Part shown: piece after piece, positions 29,433 to 37,724 of the stretch
Layout: each line of letters opens with the position of its first letter
Numbering within the stretch: position 1 is the first letter of the stretch
NCBI GenBank assembly: GCA_019428955.1
Contig: JAHYJF010000001.1
Span: forward strand, 1 to 44,354
DNA: 44,354 nt
Direction of reading: 5' to 3'
DNA from: Burkholderiaceae bacterium
Lineage (GTDB): Bacteria > Pseudomonadota > Gammaproteobacteria > Burkholderiales > Burkholderiaceae_E
Program-made: the position numbers and the translations under genes
The notes under the pieces: generated by a model
Seen by the model: only the letters and a program-made list of their open reading frames with translations
Told to the model about the DNA's origin: nothing
Database searches by the model: none

Positions 29433-30214
29433 TGCCGGAGACGAGTTCGCAGGCTCCTCTCGAGGGAGAACTTCCGAGTCACCTCGGAATCCGCAACCTG
29501 ATGAAGGCCTACCACGGCCAACAGGTGGTGCAGGACGTGTCGCTCGACGTCTTCAGCGGCGAGGTGGTCGGCCTGCTCGGGCCGAACGGCGCGGGCAAGA
29601 CCACCTGCTTCTACATGATCGTCGGCCTGGTGGCTTCCGACGGCGGCACGATCGAGCTCGACGAGCACCCGATCGGCCACCTGCCAATCCACCGCCGCGC
29701 CCGCAGGGGGCTGTCCTACCTCCCCCAGGAGCCATCGGTATTCCGCAAGCTGACCGTCGAGGAGAACATCCGCGCGGTGCTCGAGCTGCAATTCGACGAG
29801 CAGGGGAGTCGCCTGAGCCGCAGTGTGCTCAATGAAAGGCTCGACGGCTTGCTCGAAGAGCTCCAGATCGAGCACCTGCGCTCGAGTCCCGCGCTCTCGC
29901 TCTCGGGGGGCGAGCGCCGCCGGGTCGAAATCGCGCGGGCACTGGCCAATTCACCCCGCTTCATCCTGCTCGACGAACCGTTTGCCGGGGTCGACCCGAT
30001 CGCGGTGATCGAGATCCAGCGCATCGTCAAGTTCCTGAAGAGCCGACGTATCGGCGTCCTGATCACCGATCACAACGTGCGCGAGACTCTCGGAATCTGC
30101 GATCGCGCGTATATCATCCGTTCTGGTACTGTTCTTGCTTCAGGCGCACCGGAGGAAGTCGTAAAGAATGATGATGTACGCCGTTACTATCTGGGCGAAC
30201 ACTTCTCGATGTAG
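29432..30214 (+). CDS. lptB: LPS export ABC transporter ATPase LptB
   Basis: GPNGAGKTT, LSGGERRRVEIARAL, ILLDEPFAGVDP. I chose the ATG at 29432 (1-nt overlap with the lptA TGA) over the TTG at 29429. Confidence 0.95.
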   Translation: MPETSSQAPLEGELPSHLGIRNLMKAYHGQQVVQDVSLDVFSGEVVGLLGPNGAGKTTCFYMIVGLVASDGGTIELDEHPIGHLPIHRRARRGLSYLPQEPSVFRKLTVEENIRAVLELQFDEQGSRLSRSVLNERLDGLLEELQIEHLRSSPALSLSGGERRRVEIARALANSPRFILLDEPFAGVDPIAVIEIQRIVKFLKSRRIGVLITDHNVRETLGICDRAYIIRSGTVLASGAPEEVVKNDDVRRYYLGEHFSM

Positions 30215-30268
30215 TCGACCGGGCAATCTGCGCGCTCGCCGGCCGTTCGTGCGTCGAAGGCAAGGTGC

Positions 30269-31858
30269 ATGAAGCCGTCACTCCAGCTAAGACTCGGGCA
30301 GCAGCTGACGCTGACGCCGCAGCTTCAGCAATCGATTCGCCTGCTGCAGATGTCCACTCTCGAGCTGAGCCACGAACTCGAAGGGATGCTCGCTGACAAC
30401 CCGCTGCTTGAACGCCTTGACGACCCCTTCGACGGCAGCGTGCGGATCGACGCCGGCGGCGGTCTCGACGCCCGGGGCGCGGAGCCGGGCGAATTCGTGC
30501 CGGGTGGCGAAACCGCTGCCAAGGACGGGGCCGAAGGCGCTGGCGAGGTCGAGGGCAACACCGACAGCGGCACCGAAGAGACTTACGGCGACAGCTCCGG
30601 AGACGAGGCACCTCAGGGCGGCGAGGAGGGCGGCGGCGACCGGCTCTCGGACTGGAGCTCGGGCTCGGGCAGCGGCAGCGGCGAGGCCAGCGACTCCGAC
30701 GAGCGCCCCGAACTCGGCGGCCTCGACGAGAGCCTGCGCGAACACCTGCTCGCTCAGCTCGCCACAACCAATGCCAGCCCGCGTAACCGGGCGCTCACCG
30801 AGTGCCTGATCGACTCGCTCGACGGCGACGGTCTCCTCGATGGCGACCTCGAGGAGCTGCTGGAGATACTGCCGCCGGAACTCGCGGTCGGGCCCGAAGA
30901 GTTGCACGCCGCATTGCGGCTGCTGCAGAGTTTCGACCCGCCCGGCGTCGGCGCCCGCGACCTGCGGGAATCGCTGCTGCTGCAAATCGACGCCCGGGCG
31001 CGCGAGGCCGAAGACGACCGGCTGCACGCCAACGCCGATGCCCCCCGCGTTCTTGCCCAACCCGAGTACCTGGGGGTCGCCCGCGACATCGTCGCGCGCC
31101 ACCTGCCGGAACTGGCCGCCGGCAACTTCAGCAAGCTGTCCCGGGTGCTGCATTGCGACGAAGAGACGCTGCGCGCGGCCCAAAACTTCATTCGCACGCT
31201 CTCGCCTCGGCCGGGATCGGCCTATGCCGCGGAGCGTCCGGTGTACATCGTGCCCGACCTGATCGTGCACCGGGGACGATCCGGCTGGACTGTCACTCTC
31301 AACGACGAGGTCATCCCGAAATTACGCATCAATGAAGTGTATGCTCAAATTTTGAAGCAGCATCGCGGTACCCAGAGCGCGATGTCGGGGCAGTTGCAGG
31401 AGGCACGGTGGCTAATCAAGAACGTCCACCAGCGATTCGAGACCATCCTGCGCGTCGGCGAGGCGATAGTCGAACGCCAGAACGCGTTCTTCACGCATGG
31501 CGCGATAGCGATGAAGCCGATGGTGCTGCGCGAGATCGCGGAAATCCTCGAATTGCACGAATCGACCGTGTCGCGGGTGACGACCCACAAGTACATGCTC
31601 ACCCCGCAGGGCACCTTCGAGCTCAAGTATTTCTTCGGCAGCCACATCGGCACGGAAAGTGGCGGAACCGCCTCCAGCACAGCGATCCGGGCACTGATCC
31701 AGGAACTGATCGCCGCCGAAAACCCCGCCAGGCCACTGGCGGACGGCCAGATCGCCGACCTCCTGGGGGAGCAAGGATTTATCGTGGCGCGACGCACCGT
31801 GGCCAAGTACCGCGAGGCCCTTTTGATTCCACCCGTTGCCCAGCGAAAGGTTCTCTGA
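30269..31858 (+). CDS. rpoN: RNA polymerase sigma-54 factor
   Basis: MKPSLQLRLGQQLTLTPQLQQSIRLLQMSTLEL region I, an acidic region II, and the RpoN box ARRTVAKYR near the C-terminus. Confidence 0.97.
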   Translation: MKPSLQLRLGQQLTLTPQLQQSIRLLQMSTLELSHELEGMLADNPLLERLDDPFDGSVRIDAGGGLDARGAEPGEFVPGGETAAKDGAEGAGEVEGNTDSGTEETYGDSSGDEAPQGGEEGGGDRLSDWSSGSGSGSGEASDSDERPELGGLDESLREHLLAQLATTNASPRNRALTECLIDSLDGDGLLDGDLEELLEILPPELAVGPEELHAALRLLQSFDPPGVGARDLRESLLLQIDARAREAEDDRLHANADAPRVLAQPEYLGVARDIVARHLPELAAGNFSKLSRVLHCDEETLRAAQNFIRTLSPRPGSAYAAERPVYIVPDLIVHRGRSGWTVTLNDEVIPKLRINEVYAQILKQHRGTQSAMSGQLQEARWLIKNVHQRFETILRVGEAIVERQNAFFTHGAIAMKPMVLREIAEILELHESTVSRVTTHKYMLTPQGTFELKYFFGSHIGTESGGTASSTAIRALIQELIAAENPARPLADGQIADLLGEQGFIVARRTVAKYREALLIPPVAQRKVL

Positions 31859-31940
31859 ACCGGTTGCCGCACAACGGCAATAGCCCGACCTACGGCGAGA
31901 TCCGTGAGAGCGGGCGACACTACAACACAGGAGGAAGCGC

Positions 31941-32273
31941 ATGAATCTATCGATCAGCGGCCATCATCTCGACGTTACCCCGGCGCTGCGCAGCTACGTC
32001 GCAGGCAAGCTCGAGCGCATCATCCGGCACTTTGACCAGGTAATCGACGTCAGCGTCGTGATGTCGGTCGACAAACTTATCCACAAGGCGGAAATCAACT
32101 TGCATGTCCGCGGCAAGGATCTCTTTGCCGAGTCCAGCAACGCCGACATGTACGCGGCGATCGACACCTTGGTCGACAAGCTCGACCGCCTGGTCATCAA
32201 ACACAAGGACAAGCGCCAAGACCACGGACACGATTCGATCAAGAACCAGCCGTCGAGCGAGCTCAATTCCTGA
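31941..32273 (+). CDS. hpf: Ribosome hibernation promoting factor (short HPF/YhbH type)
   Basis: [27 protein letters not shown]...DV.V......[20 protein letters not shown] lies upstream. Confidence 0.93.
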   Translation: MNLSISGHHLDVTPALRSYVAGKLERIIRHFDQVIDVSVVMSVDKLIHKAEINLHVRGKDLFAESSNADMYAAIDTLVDKLDRLVIKHKDKRQDHGHDSIKNQPSSELNS

Positions 32274-32349
32274 GTTCGCCGTGGTGGGCCGGCCGAGTAA
32301 TTGCTTCAATGCAACATAGTCCGGCCCGCCGGCGGCAAGGCAGGCTGGA

Positions 32350-32355
32350 TATAAT
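32350..32355 (+). promoter_or_regulatory. Candidate sigma-70 -10 hexamer (TATAAT) in the hpf-ptsN spacer
   Basis: Perfect TATAAT at 32350-32355 in a locally AT-richer patch. No good -35 hexamer is visible, so this is tentative. Confidence 0.25.
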
Positions 32356-32435
32356 GCGAGTTTAATGATTGGCTTGGCGCCGTGCTGCCCATTCCGCTTC
32401 GGCGGCTTGGCCGCAAGCAGAGCGCCACAAACGCG

Positions 32436-32906
32436 ATGAATCGAATTTCTAAGCTCCTGACACCGGCCGACATCCTGGTCGACCTGTCCGTCACGAGCAA
32501 AAAGCGGCTCTTTGAGCAGGCTGGACTGCTTTTTGAAAACAATCACGGCATCGAGCGCGGGAAGGTCTTCGACTCCCTGTTCGCGCGCGAACGGCTCGGC
32601 TCGACCGGACTGGGCGAAGGCGTCGCGATCCCCCACGGACGCATCAAGGGCCTGCGCGAAGCGGTTGGCGCCGTAGTCAGGCTCACCGAACCGGTTGGCT
32701 TCGACGCGCCGGACGGCCAGCCGGTGCGTCTGCTGGTCTTCCTGCTGGTGCCGGAAAGCGCCAATGAAGAGCATCTCGAAATCCTCTCGGAACTGGCCGA
32801 ACTGCTCTCGGATCGGGACATCCGCGAAACGCTGATGAAGCAATCGGATCCGACGCAGATTCACGGTGCGCTGGCCGAATGGACGCCCTACCGTCCAGCC
32901 GCCTGA
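32436..32906 (+). CDS. ptsN: PTS-Ntr EIIA component (PtsN)
   Basis: MNRISKLLTPADILVDL...KKRLFEQAG ... GLGEGVAIPHGRI (phosphorylatable His context). I chose the ATG at 32436 over the ORF-track GTG at 32382. Confidence 0.92.
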   Translation: MNRISKLLTPADILVDLSVTSKKRLFEQAGLLFENNHGIERGKVFDSLFARERLGSTGLGEGVAIPHGRIKGLREAVGAVVRLTEPVGFDAPDGQPVRLLVFLLVPESANEEHLEILSELAELLSDRDIRETLMKQSDPTQIHGALAEWTPYRPAA

Positions 32907-32913
32907 AGCCCTG

Positions 32914-33864
32914 ATGGCACACGCGGGCAACCCCAGAGTTACCGTTGCCGGCCTGTTTCAGGCCCATCGCGAGTCGTTGGGCCTCACCTGGATCGCCAAC
33001 GAGGAACACGCCGAACGCCCCGTAGGAGTCGGGACCGCCCAACCCGCCGATCTGGTCGGCTACCTGAACCTGATTCACCCAGCGCGGATCCATGTCCTCG
33101 GCGAGGCCGAACTCCAGTTCTTCGCGCGCGTCGACGACCAGCGCCAATTCTCTATCCTGCGCGACCTGATGGACGCGTCCCCGCCAGCCGTCATTCTGGC
33201 CGACGACCTCACCGCCCCCGAGCAGTTCCTGGTCGAGGCGCGGCGCCACCAGCTGCCGGTGATAGGCGCCCACGCCACCGCAGCGCGGGTGATCGACGTG
33301 CTGTTTGCGCACCTCCGCAAGAGCTCCGCGGCCCACACCTCGATGCACGGGGTGATGCTCGATGTGCTCGGGATGGGGGTGCTGATATCCGGTGAATCCG
33401 GCCTGGGCAAGAGTGAGCTGGCCCTGGAGCTGATCAGCCGGGGCCACGGACTGGTGGCCGACGACGTGGTCGAGCTCAGTCGGGTCGGGCCCAACTCGAT
33501 CGAAGGGCGCTGCCCGCCGCTGCTGCAGAACCTGCTGGAAGTGCGCGGACTCGGCCTTCTCGATATCCGGGCGATCTTCGGCGAAACCGCGGTACGCCGC
33601 AAGACCCCGCTGAAGCTGATCATCGACCTGATCCGGCGCAGCACGATGGAAAGCGAGCATCAGCGTTTGCCGCTCGAAGCCCTGACCCAGGATGTGCTGG
33701 GCGTTCAGATCCGCAAGGTGGTGGTGCCAGTGGCTGCGGGGCGCAACCTCGCCGTGCTGACCGAAGCAGCGGTACGCAGCACCATCCTGCAGCTGCGCGG
33801 CCTGGATACGACCCGCGAATTCATCGCCCGCCAGCGCCAGATGATTGAAGACGAAGGAATCTAG
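32914..33864 (+). CDS. hprK: HPr kinase/phosphorylase
   Basis: HGVMLDVLGMGVLISGESGLGKSELALELISRGHGLVADD P-loop region. ATG at 32914. Confidence 0.94.
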   Translation: MAHAGNPRVTVAGLFQAHRESLGLTWIANEEHAERPVGVGTAQPADLVGYLNLIHPARIHVLGEAELQFFARVDDQRQFSILRDLMDASPPAVILADDLTAPEQFLVEARRHQLPVIGAHATAARVIDVLFAHLRKSSAAHTSMHGVMLDVLGMGVLISGESGLGKSELALELISRGHGLVADDVVELSRVGPNSIEGRCPPLLQNLLEVRGLGLLDIRAIFGETAVRRKTPLKLIIDLIRRSTMESEHQRLPLEALTQDVLGVQIRKVVVPVAAGRNLAVLTEAAVRSTILQLRGLDTTREFIARQRQMIEDEGI

Positions 33865-33891
33865 CCAAGTGGCAGGGGCAAGCCAATCCAG

Positions 33892-34764
33892 ATGCGCGTC
33901 ATTCTGATCACCGGGATTTCCGGTTCCGGAAAATCGATCGCCACCAAGGCTCTCGAGGACGACGGTTTCCTGTGCATCGACAACCTGCCGCTCTCGTTCC
34001 TCTTTGAAGTCATCGATTCCCTGCCCGACCGGGGCCACGACCGCGTCGCCGTCTCGATCGACGCGCGCGGCGGCGATTCGTTCAATGAACTCGGCCCGGC
34101 GATCGAGCGCCTCACCGCCAAGGGCCACGACGTCCGCCTCGCCTTCCTCGACGCGCGCACCGAGACCCTGGTGCAACGCTATTCCGAAACCCGGCGCCGT
34201 CACCCGATGTCGCTGCAACTCAATCCCGACGGCACCACTCCAACCCTGACCGAGTCGATCGAGTGCGAGCGTGAGCTGATGTCGGTGCTCGAAGGCTATG
34301 GGGTGGGAATCGACACCACTGACCTGCTCCCCAACGCGCTGCGCACCTGGATCAGGGATGTCGCCGGGTTGGCCCGCACACCGCTGGTGGTGCTGTTCGA
34401 GTCATTTCCCTACAAGCACGGGGTACCGCTCGACGCCGATCTGATCTTCGACGCTCGCTGCCTGCCCAATCCCCATTACGTGACGAGTCTGCGCGCGCGT
34501 GACGGGCGTGACCCGGCGGTGATCGAATATTTCGCAGCGATCCCGCGGGTCGCACGGTTCATCGACGACGTCGCTGAATTCCTGGTGACGTGGTTGCCGC
34601 ATTACCTGGAAGAAAATCGCAGCTATCTGAGCATCGCGATCGGCTGCACCGGCGGACGACACCGTTCAGTCTATTGCGTGGAAGAACTGGCCAAGCGCTT
34701 CGCGCGCAGCGAACAGGTGCTGATCCGGCACCGGGCGCCGGCCATCTCCGGCAAGTCCAGTTGA
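33892..34764 (+). CDS. rapZ: RNase adapter protein RapZ (YhbJ)
   Basis: MRVILITGISGSGKSIATKALEDDGF.CIDNLP ... C-terminal IGCTGGRHRSV motif. Confidence 0.95.
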   Translation: MRVILITGISGSGKSIATKALEDDGFLCIDNLPLSFLFEVIDSLPDRGHDRVAVSIDARGGDSFNELGPAIERLTAKGHDVRLAFLDARTETLVQRYSETRRRHPMSLQLNPDGTTPTLTESIECERELMSVLEGYGVGIDTTDLLPNALRTWIRDVAGLARTPLVVLFESFPYKHGVPLDADLIFDARCLPNPHYVTSLRARDGRDPAVIEYFAAIPRVARFIDDVAEFLVTWLPHYLEENRSYLSIAIGCTGGRHRSVYCVEELAKRFARSEQVLIRHRAPAISGKSS

Positions 34765-34782
34765 ACCGGCCGCGCCGGTTCA
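34762..34782. terminator. Palindrome pairing the rapZ stop codon with the dynamin-like gene stop codon; candidate bidirectional terminator hairpin
   Basis: tgaaccgg-ccgcg-ccggttca has 8-bp perfect arms and a 5-nt loop. TGA (34762-34764) is the rapZ stop and tca (34780-34782) is the reverse-strand stop. There is no U-tract on either side. Confidence 0.4.
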
Positions 34783-36702
34783 CGCCGTTTCGACTTCAAC
34801 CGCCGTGGCCAGTTCCCTGAGCAGTCGGCGCACCGGCGCCGCGAGCTGATCGGCGAATTCGAGCTTCTGCTCGACCGCAAGACGCAGCTGGACGATTTCG
34901 GCAATCCGCTCCTCCAGGCTGTCGACCGCCTCGACGACGCGGTCGATGGATTCGAGGCGACGTCGCAGTTGTGACTGGTGTTCGCGGACGTGAGCCTCGA
35001 GCGGCCCGAGCACAGCACGCAGCCAGGACTGGAATTCGCGGCCGGCACTGCGCCGGACATCCTCGACCTGGTTGAGCACGGTCTCGAAAGAACGCTGCAT
35101 CAGTTCCCGGCGGCCGAAGCTCACCAACCAGAGTGCGCCGAGGTGGCGCAGGTGGACCTTCTCGATCCGGTCGAGCTCGCCGCGATGGCGACGCAACGAC
35201 ATCAGCGCCGGCAGGCCCAGCGCGATGCCATGGTCCTGGCTGAAGTCCCTATAAATGGCGCCCATCAGCGTGCCGATCTCGGTTGCAATGCCATCAGCCG
35301 TGGCGAGGTCATCGCGCAACTGCGCGAAGAGCTTTAGCGACGCCGCCCGCAGCCCGGGCAGAAAGTGGCTTGCGCCGACCTCGTTGCGTGCTTCCTGGGC
35401 AGCGCCCTGGAAACGCCTGGAGCCCAGCCTCTCGAGAGCTGCGCGGGCGTGCTTCGAGCACACCGCGCGCACGCCGTGAAGCCGGCGCAGACTGCGCTCG
35501 AACTCGCTGCGCTCGGCCTGGATCCGTGACTGCATGTACGGCACCCGCCCGATGTTGCGGCCGCGCAGGCCCTCCAGTTCGGCGGCCTGCTCGATGGCGC
35601 CGCGGCGGCGCGCCGCCAACACCGTGCGCTGAGCCGCAACCACGGCGTCGAACTCGCGCAGGATCTTGTTGGCGATGATCTCCTGCTGGCGACCAACCAA
35701 CTCTGAAGCAAGCGCCGCTTCCAGAAGCTTGATCCGGCTGCGCGCCAACAGCTGGGCATCGCCCTGGATGCGTGCGACCAGCCCTTTCTGGGCGGAGACC
35801 GGGAAGACCCTCGCGCTCTCGATCCCGAGGACGGCGGCCACGGCATCAGCCTGGCGCGCAATCTCGGCGTCAATCTCGCCCTGGGTGCGCAGCTCATCCC
35901 ACAGGCCGTCGATCTTGTTGAGCACCACGAAGCGCCCCAGCCCGTGGTGGACGTTGATGTAACGACGCCAGACCTCGAGGTCGGAAGCCGTGACCCCGGT
36001 GTCGGCGGCGAGCACGAATACCACCGCATCCGATTCCGGAATCAGCCTCAGGGTCAGTTCCGGTTCCGCGCCGATGGCGTTCAGTCCCGGGGTGTCAATC
36101 AGGACCAGGCCCTGGGCCAGCACCGGGTGGTTGAAATTGACGCTCGCGTGGCGCCAGCGCGGGATCTCGACGAAATCCTCCTCCTCGTCGTCCCCACCGA
36201 ACCCGAGCGCCGCTGCATCCTGGCGACCGAGCAGGCGGGTCTGCTGAACCATCGCAAAGGCCGCCCGCAAGGTCTCGGAATCGCCGTCGGGAATGGCAAA
36301 TTCCTCCCATATTTCCGGGAAGTCGCGCAACTCGCGCAGCGACTCGACCCGAGCGCGGGTCTCGATTGGCAGCAGCCTGATCGAACCGGGTCGCGTTGAT
36401 TCATAGCCGATTTCGGTCGGGCACATCGTAGTGCGACCGGCGCTGGACGGAACGATCCGCTCCTTGCTGTCGGGAAAGAACAGCGCGTTGATCAGCTCCG
36501 ACTTGCCGCGCGAAAATTCTGCTACCAGCGCGATCGATACCCGCTCAGCGGCGAGCCGCTCGATCAGCTCGCCAACCTTGGTGCGCACGGCGGACTCCCC
36601 GGGCTCGAAATCGGCAACCCGCTCGGCATAGCGGCGCAGAGCCGCGACCAGGTCGCGACGCCAGTCGCCATAACTCGCGATCCGTTCGTCTAAAACCGCC
36701 AT
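34780..36702 (-). CDS. Bacterial dynamin-like GTPase (dynamin family protein), orphan
   Basis: 640 aa. Walker A/G1 AEFSRGKS (aa 61-68) followed by ELINALF, G3 LIDTPGLNA, G4 LNKID, then about 300 aa of Arg/Glu/Leu/Ala-rich predicted helical stalk. Confidence 0.85.
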   Translation of the reverse strand: MAVLDERIASYGDWRRDLVAALRRYAERVADFEPGESAVRTKVGELIERLAAERVSIALVAEFSRGKSELINALFFPDSKERIVPSSAGRTTMCPTEIGYESTRPGSIRLLPIETRARVESLRELRDFPEIWEEFAIPDGDSETLRAAFAMVQQTRLLGRQDAAALGFGGDDEEEDFVEIPRWRHASVNFNHPVLAQGLVLIDTPGLNAIGAEPELTLRLIPESDAVVFVLAADTGVTASDLEVWRRYINVHHGLGRFVVLNKIDGLWDELRTQGEIDAEIARQADAVAAVLGIESARVFPVSAQKGLVARIQGDAQLLARSRIKLLEAALASELVGRQQEIIANKILREFDAVVAAQRTVLAARRRGAIEQAAELEGLRGRNIGRVPYMQSRIQAERSEFERSLRRLHGVRAVCSKHARAALERLGSRRFQGAAQEARNEVGASHFLPGLRAASLKLFAQLRDDLATADGIATEIGTLMGAIYRDFSQDHGIALGLPALMSLRRHRGELDRIEKVHLRHLGALWLVSFGRRELMQRSFETVLNQVEDVRRSAGREFQSWLRAVLGPLEAHVREHQSQLRRRLESIDRVVEAVDSLEERIAEIVQLRLAVEQKLEFADQLAAPVRRLLRELATAVEVETA

Positions 36703-36833
36703 GGCCAGTATCTGTCCGGATGGTGTCGACCGACTCTAGCACAGGGTTTCGGGCCTGAGCAGCCTGACTTGCCAACTCCGGCGCCGCCAGCCGCCGTCCG
36801 GACGATCAGAGGCGCCAGGCGGTCGTCAGGACA

Positions 36834-37679
36834 TCAATGCTGGCAGCTCGAGCAGTAGAAGGTGGCGCGCTGCTGCTGACGGACCATCCTGATCGGGGCA
36901 CCGCAATTCCGGCACGGCTCGCCCTCGCGCCCATAGACCAGACACTCGTTCTGGAAGTATCCGCCCTGGCCGTCGCTGCCGAAGAAGTCGCGCAACGTCG
37001 TGCCGCCGTGGGCGATCGACTCGTTGAGGGTGGCGCGGATGGCCTCCGCCAGCCGGCTGCAACGCGCGAGGCTCAGGCGGCCGGCGGCCACGGTCGGCCG
37101 GATCCCGGACCGGAACAGGCTCTCGCTGGCGTAGATATTGCCAACCCCGACGACTCCGGTGCCGGCCAGCAGAAACTGCTTGATCGCAACTTTGCGGCCG
37201 CGCGTCGCAGCGTACAGCGCGGCACCGTCGAACGACGCCGACAGCGGCTCGACACCGAGCTTGGCAAAGAGTGGATGGGTGGCGATCGGTCCCTCCCGTG
37301 CAGGGTGCCAAAGCATCGCCCCGAAGCGGCGCGGATCGCGATAACGCAGCGTCCCCTGTTCGAAGTTCAGGTCGACGTGGTCGTGACGTCCCGGCGCTGG
37401 CACATCAGTTTCGAAGCGCAGGGTCCCGGTCATGCCCAGGTGCACCAGCAGCGTCCCCGACTGGTCGCCGGCTGCCGACTGACGGGCGAAATCGAGCAGC
37501 AGGTACTTGCTGCGGCGGCTGACCATAATAAGTCGCGCGCCGGCCATGCTGCGCGCGAGATCGCCGGCCAGCGGGAAGCGCAACCGCGGTGCGCGCACAA
37601 TAACGTCGAGCAGGCGCTGTCCGACAATCCGCGATTCGAGACCGCGGCGGACGACTTCGACTTCGGGCAGTTCTGGCAA
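36834..37679 (-). CDS. mutM: Formamidopyrimidine-DNA glycosylase
   Basis: TTG start at 37679 gives (M)PELPEVEVVRRGL, the obligatory N-terminal Pro. AAGGAA lies 7 nt upstream. C-terminal zinc finger CRNCGAPI...FYCSSCQ. The ORF-track ATG at 37718 would bury the catalytic Pro. Confidence 0.93.
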   Translation of the reverse strand: MPELPEVEVVRRGLESRIVGQRLLDVIVRAPRLRFPLAGDLARSMAGARLIMVSRRSKYLLLDFARQSAAGDQSGTLLVHLGMTGTLRFETDVPAPGRHDHVDLNFEQGTLRYRDPRRFGAMLWHPAREGPIATHPLFAKLGVEPLSASFDGAALYAATRGRKVAIKQFLLAGTGVVGVGNIYASESLFRSGIRPTVAAGRLSLARCSRLAEAIRATLNESIAHGGTTLRDFFGSDGQGGYFQNECLVYGREGEPCRNCGAPIRMVRQQQRATFYCSSCQH

Positions 37680-37724
37680 CGTGGTTTCCTTGAAGCAGTC
37701 TTGGATAACACCTAACATCGTCGC

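Noticed and set aside
30480-30730. Low-complexity Gly/Ser/Glu/Asp-rich stretch with GGC/AGC repeats
   Set aside because: This is the normal acidic region II of sigma-54, not a tandem-repeat element or a CRISPR-like array.
32683-34218. 511-aa minus-strand ORF spanning ptsN, hprK and rapZ
   Set aside because: It is fully antisense to three well-supported genes. Its composition (Asp/Gly/Ala/Arg/Gln/His-rich) is typical of the mirror frame of GC-rich coding sequence, and it has no start context or motifs.
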